NCBI GenBank assembly: GCA_963762565.1
Contig: CAVXLD010000010.1
Coordinates: 352,001-416,000, forward strand
Source of the DNA: an uncultured Verrucomicrobiae bacterium
GTDB taxonomy: Bacteria; Verrucomicrobiota; Verrucomicrobiia; Chthoniobacterales; JAFAMB01
Direction of reading: 5' to 3'
Length of the DNA: 64,000 nucleotides
Below, one piece after another: positions 47,322 to 56,799 of this stretch (its first letter is position 1; each line of letters opens with the position of its first letter). The position numbers were made by a program, and so were the translations under genes. The notes under the pieces were generated by a model. The model did not search any database. It was not told the DNA's origin and saw only the letters and a list, made by a program, of their open reading frames with translations.

Positions 47322-49598
47322 ATGCGGCGCCTCCCACTCGCCGGTCTATTCCTCGCCGCTTGTGTTGGCGTCGAGACCGCTGAGGTCTGCTCCCTTCCAG
47401 TTCCTTACTGGGCCATCGCCTTTGGATCATTTGCCAGCGCGGTACTGATCTGGAAACGAACCGCCCTCGCCTTATGCGCCGCTCTGCTTTTCTTTGGGTT
47501 TTGGCATTCGTTCCGCAAAGTGTCAGACCAAGGCTATCAGCTGATCAACCAGCCCGATGTCGCCAAGCAGGTCCACCAAATCACACTGGAAGCACACAGT
47601 GATGCTAAGCCGTTTCACTGGGGCAACCAAATGAAGCAGCGGTTGATCGCGAAAGTCGCAAGCGTGGACGGCTATCCGATGGACTTTCGAGTTGAGGCCG
47701 AGTTGTGCGGGCAGCCCATTCATTATGGCGACTACTGCCGAGTACTAGGACGCCTGGAAGCACCGCAACGCGCCCTGAACGCCGGCGAGTTTGACGAACG
47801 GATCTACCTGCAACACGAAGGCATTTTCGTGGTCTTGGACTCAGCCAGCGCCCATGACACAAGCATTATCCATCACGGCTGGGGAAACCCGATTTTAGCA
47901 GTCGCATTGACCTGCAGAAAAGCAATCCAGGACATACCAACCCGATCTTTGGAGAACGATCGTCCGATTAAAGCGCTCATCGAAGGGGTGACCTTCGGCG
48001 ACCGGTCCGATTTTGATCCCGATCTGCTCGACCTCCTGCAAGATACCGGCACACTGCATCTCTTTGTGATCGACGGTCTTAAAGTCACCCTGCTGGCAGG
48101 GATCTCTTGGATGGCCGTGCGCTTCTTTTGTTTACCGCGACGATGGATTGCCGGCGCAGTCATTCCGCTCCTGGTGCTCTATTGCGCCGCCACCGGGCTA
48201 TCGGCGGCAGGGCTACGCGCCACCCTGATGGCCTTGTTCGTACTGATCGGGGTCTCTCTGGAAAGACCTGTTTTGCAGCTCAATGCAATGTCGGGAGCAG
48301 GGTTCATTCTCCTGCTCTGTAATCCGGAAGAACTTTTCCAACTCGGGTTTCAACTGTCGTTCACCATTGTGGCTTTCATCGTGATCGGTGCTCGTCCCCT
48401 AACCTCCTGGCTATTTCATCCTTTCGGACCAGACCCGTGGATTCCGAACCAACTCATTTCTCCTGCGCGCAGACTTTGGCATAGGCTGATTCACAGGTCC
48501 GCCGAACTCCTGGCAGTATGTACAATCTGTTGGGGCTCCTCGCTCCCGTTCTCGATTTGGTATTTCCATCGGGTCTCATTCAGCAATGTCGTTGCGAATT
48601 TCTTAGCTGTTCCTGTCGGGACGTGGATTCTCTTCACCGCTTTGCTCTCAATTCTGATTTCTCCGATGGCGGGTTGGGCCAGCATTTACCTGAACAATAC
48701 TAATTGGCTGTTGGCCCACGCGTTTCTCGTGATCGTGAAAGCCAGCGCCACCTTTCCCGGTCAAGCCATGAATGTCGGATGTTTGCCCTGGTCAAACGCA
48801 GCGAAAATTGTGGTGCTTGCTTCGGGACGCTCGGAAACTTTATATTTTCGCCAGGGCTCGAGCTCCGCCTTAGTGAACCCAGGTAGCGCGTCGAAGTATC
48901 GCCGGATTACGGAACCATTTTTGCGCAGTGAAGGGGTAAACCGGTTATCGTTTCTAACCTGGACAAGATCAGATCAAGATCATGCCGGGTCCGCGCCAGA
49001 GGTGGTAAAACACTTCAAGATCGCAGGAACATCAGCTGAAAGTCTGTCGCACCGTAGTCCCGCGGCCGCAGGAAAGGCGGACTTGTCGCGCCGTAGCGTA
49101 GCGGAGGCGGACCCGTCGCGCCGTAGCGAAGCGAAGGCGGATGCCGCTTCCCCGGCCAATGGCTTAACTAAGACCGCTATAAATCGCATGCCGCTCCAAG
49201 AGGAAGAGATCAATTTAAACGACGAGACGGCATGGAAAGATATAGGGCCTGCTCAACCGCTCAATCCGGTTCTGGACTGCCAAATCGGATCCTTCGAAGT
49301 GTTTCTACTCAACCTGAATCATCAACAGATCGAGAGGCTACCTAGCCGGATCGTTGATGTTGTGGTGGTGCCCAGCCAACGCCAATGCTCTGCTCCGGAG
49401 TTGATCCGCAAATTTCATCCGCAAGCCATTCTCTACCTGCAAGGAAAACCAGCCGGCAGCCAAACCTCAGCTAAGCCCGTTATCCCTGTATGGTTCTCAG
49501 GAGACAAAGGAGCTGTGACCATGTCCTTGTCCAACAAGGACTTGGAATTGAGCGGCTACCTTGGCGATCGATTAGTCTTGCGAAGCCGCAACCGATAG
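47322..49598 (+). CDS. comEC: ComEC/Rec2-family DNA uptake membrane protein with divergent motifs
   Basis: OB-like N.GEFD region, TGTLHLF..DGL, LRATLM, GFQLSF, VANFLAVP, degenerate MBL-like C-terminus. Confidence 0.85.
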   Translation: MRRLPLAGLFLAACVGVETAEVCSLPVPYWAIAFGSFASAVLIWKRTALALCAALLFFGFWHSFRKVSDQGYQLINQPDVAKQVHQITLEAHSDAKPFHWGNQMKQRLIAKVASVDGYPMDFRVEAELCGQPIHYGDYCRVLGRLEAPQRALNAGEFDERIYLQHEGIFVVLDSASAHDTSIIHHGWGNPILAVALTCRKAIQDIPTRSLENDRPIKALIEGVTFGDRSDFDPDLLDLLQDTGTLHLFVIDGLKVTLLAGISWMAVRFFCLPRRWIAGAVIPLLVLYCAATGLSAAGLRATLMALFVLIGVSLERPVLQLNAMSGAGFILLLCNPEELFQLGFQLSFTIVAFIVIGARPLTSWLFHPFGPDPWIPNQLISPARRLWHRLIHRSAELLAVCTICWGSSLPFSIWYFHRVSFSNVVANFLAVPVGTWILFTALLSILISPMAGWASIYLNNTNWLLAHAFLVIVKASATFPGQAMNVGCLPWSNAAKIVVLASGRSETLYFRQGSSSALVNPGSASKYRRITEPFLRSEGVNRLSFLTWTRSDQDHAGSAPEVVKHFKIAGTSAESLSHRSPAAAGKADLSRRSVAEADPSRRSEAKADAASPANGLTKTAINRMPLQEEEINLNDETAWKDIGPAQPLNPVLDCQIGSFEVFLLNLNHQQIERLPSRIVDVVVVPSQRQCSAPELIRKFHPQAILYLQGKPAGSQTSAKPVIPVWFSGDKGAVTMSLSNKDLELSGYLGDRLVLRSRNR
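49043..49141 (+). repeat. Three tandem in-frame copies (39+30+30 bp) of the ~30-bp element inside comEC
   Basis: Units such as CTTGTCGCGCCGTAGCGTAGCGGAGGCGGA resemble the inserts at 834, 9020 and 26871. Confidence 0.75.
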
Positions 49599-50191
49599 AT
49601 CGGGAGGTTCTCAGCGGCAAACGTCTCGTCGAAGTCTGTATCGGGATACTCACACTCCCAGGGCGCTTCGTGAAAGGTGGAGCTGACTCCGGCTAAAATT
49701 TTCTCGATCCAGCGAAAGTAATCGGCATGATCCGTTTTGATCCAGAGCTCCCCGGACGATTCTAAGGCAACCGCTATCGCTCCGAAGAATTCTTCATCCA
49801 CTAACCGGCGAGAATGGTGTCTTCGTTTCGGCCACGGATCCGGGAATGACAAATGGAACCGTGAGACCGACCCCGGTGGCAACAGATACTTAACGGCATA
49901 GTCGATCTCGACCCGCAATACTCGCACATTACCTAAGCTCAGCTGGCAGGCCTTTCGCCGCGTCTTGCGCACACGTCCAAGCAATCTCTCAATGCCCAAA
50001 AAATTTCTTTTGGGAAAACGTTGCCCAGCCTCCACGAGAAACTTGCCTGACCCGGATCCAAGATCGATTTCGAGCGGGCGATCGTTCCCATAGATCTCGC
50101 CTATTAGAAGCGGCCGGCGGAGATCCGCTGGAAATACTTCGTAGTGTTGTTCTTCAAGCGCCGCCGGCGACACCTCTCCCGCTAAACTCAT
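49556..50191 (-). CDS. trmB: tRNA (guanine-N7)-methyltransferase
   Basis: LEIDLGSG.G, FLGIE, FPDPWPKRRH, IKTDH..Y, TDFD. Confidence 0.93.
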   Translation of the reverse strand: MSLAGEVSPAALEEQHYEVFPADLRRPLLIGEIYGNDRPLEIDLGSGSGKFLVEAGQRFPKRNFLGIERLLGRVRKTRRKACQLSLGNVRVLRVEIDYAVKYLLPPGSVSRFHLSFPDPWPKRRHHSRRLVDEEFFGAIAVALESSGELWIKTDHADYFRWIEKILAGVSSTFHEAPWECEYPDTDFDETFAAENLPIYRLRLRKTNRSPR

Positions 50192-50208
50192 AAACTAGTA
50201 TTTCCGAG

Positions 50209-51021
50209 CTACGATCCGACGAACGGATTATGCCGGCGCTCTTCCCCAACCGTCGTCATCGGCCCATGCCCAGGGCAGACGACAGTGTCAACGGGAAGCG
50301 TCATTAGTTTCTCCCGGTTATTCTTAAGTGCGAGTGAATAGGCATTGGCAGCTCCTCCCATCGAGCCGGCAAAGAGCGAGTCGCCAACGACTGCTACCGG
50401 AACGCGTAGCCCTTCGATAATGTAGGATGTTCCCCCAGACGAATGACCATTAGTTAGCTTGGCCTCAACTTTCAGGTCGCCGATCTCGAAACGGTCTCCC
50501 TCTTTTACCGCGGTCGCTCCCAAGACGGGTTCCAGGGACGGTCCAAACACCCGAGCGCCCGTTTTTACCGCGATTTCTTTTAGAGCAGCTACGTGATCCT
50601 CGTGGGTGTGAGTGATAAAAATGGATTCTATTTTTAGGTTTTGGCGGTCCCGGATGGTGACCAGCGTCGTTGGCTCTATCCCGGCATCAAACAGCGCACA
50701 GCGGTTCGAAGAAGGGTCCCAAACCAGGTACGTATTTACCGTCGTTCCGAGCAGATCGGTATTCACCTGTTCAAGACCGTCCAGATTGACTGTTTCGGGC
50801 TCCCAACTCCGTTGAAATGATTCCCAGAGTGGTAGCTGCTTCAGCTCCAGCGCTTGAGCCAAAGCGCCGACCTCGTCTTGAGTTCCGGATCCGCTCCTCA
50901 AGCGATTCAAAGTTGATGACGCAAACTTTGCTTTGGCTGCTACTTCCTCATCGGAAAGTTTCAGTCCGCGTTGAGCTTTGCCGATAATGTCCTCAAATAA
51001 GTCTTCCAGCGGGATCTTCAT
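50209..51021 (-). CDS. MBL-fold metallo-hydrolase (glyoxalase II-like) with N-terminal HTH-like extension
   Basis: THTHEDH, GHS, GDSLFAGS.G, PGHGP.TT..E. Confidence 0.88.
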   Translation of the reverse strand: MKIPLEDLFEDIIGKAQRGLKLSDEEVAAKAKFASSTLNRLRSGSGTQDEVGALAQALELKQLPLWESFQRSWEPETVNLDGLEQVNTDLLGTTVNTYLVWDPSSNRCALFDAGIEPTTLVTIRDRQNLKIESIFITHTHEDHVAALKEIAVKTGARVFGPSLEPVLGATAVKEGDRFEIGDLKVEAKLTNGHSSGGTSYIIEGLRVPVAVVGDSLFAGSMGGAANAYSLALKNNREKLMTLPVDTVVCPGHGPMTTVGEERRHNPFVGS

Positions 51022-51100
51022 GATCTGCCGCTATAGTAATTGCATTGGTGGGGGCCGCAACCGGCGGAGTGGATTTGTGGCGCGCGCGCGTTCCGTGATC

Positions 51101-51227
51101 GGGAGGGCGCGCGTCCCCGCGCGCCGCGAACAGCGTGCTCCATGTTGCAGAGCTGAACGCTCGATCGGGTCTATCCTGAGCTCCGGAAACGATCCGGCGG
51201 CTGCCGGACGAGGACGCGATCCCTCCC
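51101..51227. repeat. Family A element copy 5 (no insert)
   Basis: Same ends as the other copies; lies just past the ankyrin gene stop. Confidence 0.85.
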
Positions 51228-51231
51228 CCAC

Positions 51232-52695
51232 CTATCCCGACGTTTTCTGCAACGTCCAAACCTCGCCGTCTCCCATCCGTTTAATGACCACTTGGGTCGG
51301 ACGAATATCCAGGATCCGATACGTTTGACCGGGCTCGTCCGGGAGAGAAAAGTCGTGGTCGAGCTCGACTTTGATCTTTTGACCGGTCGAGTTCACAACC
51401 AGAACCGCGTAGGCGCCGTGCTCCCGGGTCGGAATGCCTTTTATTAATGAAATAGTCTGACCGGTGCGCTCGTGGCGCAGCTTAACCAAGGATGCGTCCA
51501 CTACATTTCCATCCTTATCGTTAACGCTGCGCGATTCGACATCAACAACGCGATAGCTCATGCCTTTGAGTGTGTCGCCGACGGTCACCGTGTAAGTAGA
51601 GCCGTCAGCGCTGCGAAGCGTTGCTTTTTTCCCATGCACTTCGTCTAGGGTCACCGGCAAGAACGCCTCATCTACCTCCTCTACTCGGATCTTGCCCGTC
51701 ACCGATGACCCGCCAGCGACATTGGCTGCCGGTGTCGGACCGGGGGAAGTCGGATGAGCCGAGCCGGACGGAGTCGGCATATTCAAAATATCAGCGTCGG
51801 AGATGGCCGGAGACTTTCCAGAACTCGCCGGAGAAGTTGCCTCCGGGTTCGCGCTGGGCGAAGCGACTGCCACCGGGGTGCCACTCGGTGCCGGCGCGTG
51901 GCGTAGCAACTCTGCAATATCGCTGAAGCCTTTTTCCGCAGCGACCGCCTGAGCAGCTTGCCCGCCTTGGTCCGTCAACGATGCATCGGCGCCAGCCTGT
52001 AGTAACAGTTGGACAATGTCCTTATTTCCCTTGCCTGCCGCCAATATCAATGGGGTACGGCCATCGCTGGCTCTGAAGTCAACCTCGGCCCCGCTGTCGA
52101 GCAAAATCTTGACCGCATCTTTCCTCTCCATCAGCGTCGCTACTAATAAGGCTCGGTCCAGCTCGAGCTTGGAATGGCTAGCCAGAATCTCGATACACTT
52201 CGCATTCCCTTGGTAGGCGGCCTTCAGAACGGCACTCCATCCATTTTTATCTTGGCGATTCGGATCTGCGCCCCGGCCGAGCAACAATTTTACAATCTCC
52301 GGTTGATTGTTTTCGGCCGCCAACATCAGCGCGGTGACGCCGTCCCGGCCGGCCGCATTAGGATCAGCTTTATGATCCAACAGCAACTTGATGATATCGG
52401 GACGCCCCCGTTCCGAAGCCACCATCAAACCGGTGTAACCGGCGTTGTTCGGCGTATTGACATCAAACCCGGCGGCCAAGAACAATCCGAACGCCTTTTG
52501 ATCACCTTCGGCAGCGGAGCGTACAAAATCATCGCCGTTTAATTGGAAGTTTAGTGCATTTAATTCTTTGATCAGGTCTTCCTTCGATTTGCTACAGCCG
52601 AACAAGGGCAGCAAGAAGAGCGCTGCCAACAGAGTCTGAAATAGTCGCCCAGGCTTCGAAAAAGCGGTCAACGCAGAAAGGATCACGGATACCAC
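51232..52695 (-). CDS. Ankyrin-repeat lipoprotein with Pro/Ser linker and C-terminal beta-rich domain
   Basis: Lipobox LFGC; repeats G.TALM.AA..G...IVKLLL..GADPN. Confidence 0.88.
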   Translation of the reverse strand: MVSVILSALTAFSKPGRLFQTLLAALFLLPLFGCSKSKEDLIKELNALNFQLNGDDFVRSAAEGDQKAFGLFLAAGFDVNTPNNAGYTGLMVASERGRPDIIKLLLDHKADPNAAGRDGVTALMLAAENNQPEIVKLLLGRGADPNRQDKNGWSAVLKAAYQGNAKCIEILASHSKLELDRALLVATLMERKDAVKILLDSGAEVDFRASDGRTPLILAAGKGNKDIVQLLLQAGADASLTDQGGQAAQAVAAEKGFSDIAELLRHAPAPSGTPVAVASPSANPEATSPASSGKSPAISDADILNMPTPSGSAHPTSPGPTPAANVAGGSSVTGKIRVEEVDEAFLPVTLDEVHGKKATLRSADGSTYTVTVGDTLKGMSYRVVDVESRSVNDKDGNVVDASLVKLRHERTGQTISLIKGIPTREHGAYAVLVVNSTGQKIKVELDHDFSLPDEPGQTYRILDIRPTQVVIKRMGDGEVWTLQKTSG

Positions 52696-52733
52696 GCTCT
52701 TCTATAATGACCTGCGACGGGTATGTCGAGCAC

Positions 52734-52781
52734 AGCCTGCAAGGCTAAAAAATGCCTGCGCATTTTTGAGCCTTGCAGGCT
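52734..52781 (-). terminator. Long stem-loop overlapping the glgE stop
   Basis: 22-bp stem with 1 mismatch and 4-nt loop. Confidence 0.45.
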
Positions 52782-54780
52782 AGCGGAACATCGTTTGCCC
52801 GCCGTCTTTTCCAATCTGCCGGCGCACTCGGAAGATGTGGGCCGGACGCGAATTCGGTTCTAGCATCACGAAGTTACGGCGGCCCCGCCAGACGAACCGT
52901 TCGCTGGTTAGCAGATCCTCAACCTGGTAGGCCTCATTCTCACCGATCCCGAACCGATCAACCGGCACGGAAGCAAACCCACTCTGCGTATGGAAAGGAT
53001 CCAGCGAGACCGCGATCAGGATGATGTTATCAAGGCTGGCCGTCGCCTTTGAGTAGAAAAGAATCTGATCGTTTTCCACCCCATGAAATTCCAGGTTCTC
53101 GTAGATTTGCAAAGCCCGGTTCTCTCCTCGAATACGATTCAGCTGGGTCAGATAGGCCTTGATGTTACCTGGCGCATCCCAATCTCGTTCTTTGAACTGA
53201 TATTTCTCTGAATTGAGATATTCTTCGCGATTTGGAATGGGCACATTCTCGCAAAGCTCGAATCCGCTGTAGATCCCATAGACCGTGCTCAGCGTGCTGG
53301 CCAGAACCGCGCGGATCAGAAATGCGGGACGGCCCCCCGTCTGCAAAAACAAAGGCAGTATATCGGGGGTGTTAGTAAAGAAATTACCGCGGAAATAATA
53401 CTTCATGTCCGTGCTACAGAGCTCGGTTAAGTACTCCGTCAGCTCGTACTTCGTATTCCGCCAGGTAAAATAGGTATAGGACTGGGTAAACCCGCACTTG
53501 GCCAGAGCCTTCATCATTTTTGGTCGAGTGAACGCTTCCGCCAGGAAAATAACATCGGGGTAATCAGTTCGGATCTCGCGAATTAGCCATTCCCAGAACG
53601 CGAACGGCTTCGTATGCGGATTATCGACCCTGAATGTGCGAACGTTATGCTGAGCCCAAAAGAGAATGACCGACTTCATCTCTTCCCAAAGGGCGCGCCA
53701 ATTCGGATTATGGAAATTCAGCGGGTAAACGTCCTCATACTTCTTGGGAGGGTTTTCGGCATATTTGATCGTGCCGTCCGGCCGATGAAAAAACCATTCC
53801 GGATGCTCGGTGACGTAAGGATGATCCGGAGAACAGTTGATCGCAAAATCCAGGGCTACTTCAAGGCCTCGAGCTCGGATCTCTTTTACCAACCAATCGA
53901 AGTCTTCGAGTGTCCCCAGTTCAGGTTCGACCGCTTTGTGCCCTCCAAACTTGCTGCCGATCGCGTAGGGGACACCAGGATCATCCGGCTCGGCCGTGAC
54001 CGAATTATTCTTCCCTTTTCGTTTGGTGAAGCCGATCGGGTGGATCGGGGGAAAATAAATGACGTTAAATCCCATCGCCCTGGCGTCGTCGACTCTGGGA
54101 AGGCAATCCCGGAACTTGGAGCCGCGATCAGCCAGACCCTGAGCGGAGCGAGGAAAAAATTCGTACCACGCCGCAAACAAAGCTTCTGGCCGATCCACAG
54201 TGACCTTGAGGTAAGGAGTGTATTCAGTGCTTAAGGCCCGGTCAGGCCAAGCCCTCATTAGCCCTATCAGCTCAATCTCTTTTGCGATCTGCGACCCTTC
54301 AGCAGCATCCGCCTTTCTCAAAAGCCCGGCGAAGTACAGAAGCCGTTCTTTGTCAGCTTTCTGGCCGCTCCGGGAAGCAGTTTTTTCTATCAGGTTCGCG
54401 CCTTCTCCTATCTCGGTAGCCAACTCAGTAATTCCGGCGCTAAATTTTTTGTCGTATTCCACCCGCCACGACGCGAACTCGTCTCCCCAAGCCTCAATCG
54501 TTAGCTCATATTCTCCGTTCTCGACGAAATGAGCGATGCCGGACCATCGATCATTTTCCGCCTGAGTCATTGGTGTTTCCCACCATTCCTCGACATCAAG
54601 CGGGCGCCACTTCAATACCGCAGCCACCAGATCATGGCCGTCCTTAAAAATGTCGGCTGAGACGGCCAATTCTTGGTCAACAACCCGTTTCACAGGATAT
54701 CGGCCGCCATCTAGAAGGGGCGACAGATTCTCAATCACTACACTTGGAAACCGTTCTGGGGATGGTCTGGAGGTGTTCAC
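52780..54780 (-). CDS. glgE: Alpha-1,4-glucan:maltose-1-phosphate maltosyltransferase
   Basis: DGGRYPVKR, WYEFFPRS, PPIHPIG..RKGKNN, YAENPPKKYED, FRVDNPHTKP, NTPDILP. Confidence 0.95.
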   Translation of the reverse strand: MNTSRPSPERFPSVVIENLSPLLDGGRYPVKRVVDQELAVSADIFKDGHDLVAAVLKWRPLDVEEWWETPMTQAENDRWSGIAHFVENGEYELTIEAWGDEFASWRVEYDKKFSAGITELATEIGEGANLIEKTASRSGQKADKERLLYFAGLLRKADAAEGSQIAKEIELIGLMRAWPDRALSTEYTPYLKVTVDRPEALFAAWYEFFPRSAQGLADRGSKFRDCLPRVDDARAMGFNVIYFPPIHPIGFTKRKGKNNSVTAEPDDPGVPYAIGSKFGGHKAVEPELGTLEDFDWLVKEIRARGLEVALDFAINCSPDHPYVTEHPEWFFHRPDGTIKYAENPPKKYEDVYPLNFHNPNWRALWEEMKSVILFWAQHNVRTFRVDNPHTKPFAFWEWLIREIRTDYPDVIFLAEAFTRPKMMKALAKCGFTQSYTYFTWRNTKYELTEYLTELCSTDMKYYFRGNFFTNTPDILPLFLQTGGRPAFLIRAVLASTLSTVYGIYSGFELCENVPIPNREEYLNSEKYQFKERDWDAPGNIKAYLTQLNRIRGENRALQIYENLEFHGVENDQILFYSKATASLDNIILIAVSLDPFHTQSGFASVPVDRFGIGENEAYQVEDLLTSERFVWRGRRNFVMLEPNSRPAHIFRVRRQIGKDGGQTMFR

Positions 54781-55787
54781 GCCGCGTTTGGGAGAGGCTT
54801 CGGTTGGTCAGGTAGTTCAGTCAAAAAGTTCTCGAAGAACCTAAAGCCTGGAAGCGAGGAAGCAACTTCTCGCAAATTCTCGATCGCCGGACCGATGTGC
54901 CGGAGAAATTCGGGTTTCCGCCGGCGTACACCGATAACACCATAAGCTCCCAGCGCCTGTAAGAGCCTTTGCAGGGCGCACCGAAGGAACAAATCCATGA
55001 ATTCTTCTCGCGTCCCGCCATATCCACATCCTTCCAGATAGTAGTCAATCAGCTGTTCTCGTTCCGCTGCGGACAAAGTCACATACGGGTCGTACAACAG
55101 CGAGGCCAGATCATACACGCCTAAACCTGGGCGCATCCCTTGAAAATCAATCAGATAGGCTTGTTCATCGCAAATCAGGATATTCTGCGATTGAAAATCG
55201 CGGTGGATCAAAACTCGGGGATATGCGGCTAGCTGCTCGGCTAAAGACAAGAATTCAGAGCGATCCGCAATTTCTCGAACCCGGCTCTCCTCAATTCGAA
55301 AACAAAGCTGGAAACAGTTCTGGAACCCATACTCTTGTTCCCAGCGGAACAAACTAGCATCGAATTCCGGAGGACCGTTCGGCGGCAGCCGCACCTCCGG
55401 ATCTGTCTTATGGAGAATCAGGATCTCATCCAGCGTGCGCCGGTACAGTTCGCCCCGAATCTCCCAATTCTCAGTGCGATGATGCCAAAGATCTTCATCC
55501 CCAAGATCTTGCAACCAAATCGAGCCTTGCTCCTCATCATGAAAGTAGATCAGGGGGGCATTTATTCCGATCCCGCTTAAAAAATTCGCAATTGCGACAA
55601 ACCTGGCATTCTCCCCGCGATCGACCCGATACTTAACCAGTATAAGCGAATCACCACCGAATCGGATCCGATAGTACTTTCGGTCGGAACCTCCTTTCTC
55701 GATCGGGTGAATATCGAAAACCCGGTCCTGGTAATGCGGGAATCGCTGGCGCGTCTCGCTAATCAAAGGCTCCAAGCTCAAGCTCAT
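54777..55787 (-). CDS. amgK: AmgK-like anomeric sugar kinase (aminoglycoside phosphotransferase fold)
   Basis: GSDRKYYR, QDLG, HRDFQSQN, IDFQG, YDLASLL.DPY, LQRLLQALG. Confidence 0.7.
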   Translation of the reverse strand: MSLSLEPLISETRQRFPHYQDRVFDIHPIEKGGSDRKYYRIRFGGDSLILVKYRVDRGENARFVAIANFLSGIGINAPLIYFHDEEQGSIWLQDLGDEDLWHHRTENWEIRGELYRRTLDEILILHKTDPEVRLPPNGPPEFDASLFRWEQEYGFQNCFQLCFRIEESRVREIADRSEFLSLAEQLAAYPRVLIHRDFQSQNILICDEQAYLIDFQGMRPGLGVYDLASLLYDPYVTLSAAEREQLIDYYLEGCGYGGTREEFMDLFLRCALQRLLQALGAYGVIGVRRRKPEFLRHIGPAIENLREVASSLPGFRFFENFLTELPDQPKPLPNAA

Positions 55788-56779
55788 ACAAAGTCGTGCT
55801 CGTCAAAAACTCCCTCTTGGACCTCGCGTCCCGCAACAATGCAATGCGTCAGTTTGACTCCAGTCCGGATGATTGAATTTGGCCAAACGATCGCATTACG
55901 CAGCTTTGCTGCACTTTCAATCACGGAGTTTGCGCCTACCCAACTATCTTCGCTGATTTCAGCGCCTGGACTGACTCTAGCGCTGGGATCGATCCGAGCC
56001 GGCCAAGCAGGGTCAGCCAAATAGGCCGGCCGCCAAGCTTCGCAGGCAATGGCTCGATGGATTCGCAGGTATTCTGCTCGTTTCCCGATGTTGAACCATT
56101 GGCCTTCTTCGACGACGGCGCCTCCGACCTGGCCACTGCGACTAATCCAATCAACCAGAACCGGGATAAACGAAGTCTTTTTGTTCGCAGGAATCTGCGT
56201 GATAACCGACGGGTCCCATACTGAGATATTTGCGAAGTCGAACGTACCAGGGATTCCACTTTTCAACATCTGACGCACATCGACAACCAGCCCTGCGCGG
56301 GCTTCAAAGCTAACGTCGGTGGATAAACCTGTCGTCCGCAAGGCCAACGTCACAAGCCGACCGCTCGAAACGTGGGCACTGACAAGGTGATCAAGATCGA
56401 GATCAGTCAAGAGGTCGCCGCTGTAGACCAAAAATGGCTCGTCTCCAAGTAGCGGAGCCGCATTCCGGATGCCGCCGCCGGTTTCCAGCAAAGCCGGTTC
56501 GTAAAGTATCCTGACTTCTCTTCCGCGATAGGACCCGGTAGGGACGAGCTCCGGCTTGTCCGTCTTTGCATCGAACAACTCGCCTATTTGCTCCGGGAGA
56601 TGGTGGGTGTTGACCACGAAGCGCTCGACTCCGTAGGCGATCAAATGATCCAACACAAAAGTGATGATTGGTTTGCCGAATATCGGCAGCAGCGGCTTAG
56701 GAACTAAATCGGTTAACGGCCGAAGTCTGGTACCCAGCCCTGCGCCGAGCACAAACGCCGTGCGAATCCGAGGAGCCAT
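55784..56779 (-). CDS. Sugar-1-phosphate nucleotidyltransferase (MurU / mannose-1-P guanylyltransferase-like) with C-terminal beta-helix
   Basis: LGAGLGTRLRPLT..PKPL, VVNTHHL, LETGGG. Confidence 0.85.
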   Translation of the reverse strand: MAPRIRTAFVLGAGLGTRLRPLTDLVPKPLLPIFGKPIITFVLDHLIAYGVERFVVNTHHLPEQIGELFDAKTDKPELVPTGSYRGREVRILYEPALLETGGGIRNAAPLLGDEPFLVYSGDLLTDLDLDHLVSAHVSSGRLVTLALRTTGLSTDVSFEARAGLVVDVRQMLKSGIPGTFDFANISVWDPSVITQIPANKKTSFIPVLVDWISRSGQVGGAVVEEGQWFNIGKRAEYLRIHRAIACEAWRPAYLADPAWPARIDPSARVSPGAEISEDSWVGANSVIESAAKLRNAIVWPNSIIRTGVKLTHCIVAGREVQEGVFDEHDFV

Positions 56780-56799
56780 GAACGGTTTGCAGCGTAGAG

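Noticed and set aside
820..51227. Family A/B elements as integron attC sites or IS ends
   Set aside because: No RYYYAAC/GTTRRRY cores, no integrase or transposase, no consistent target duplication seen, and they flank core genes.
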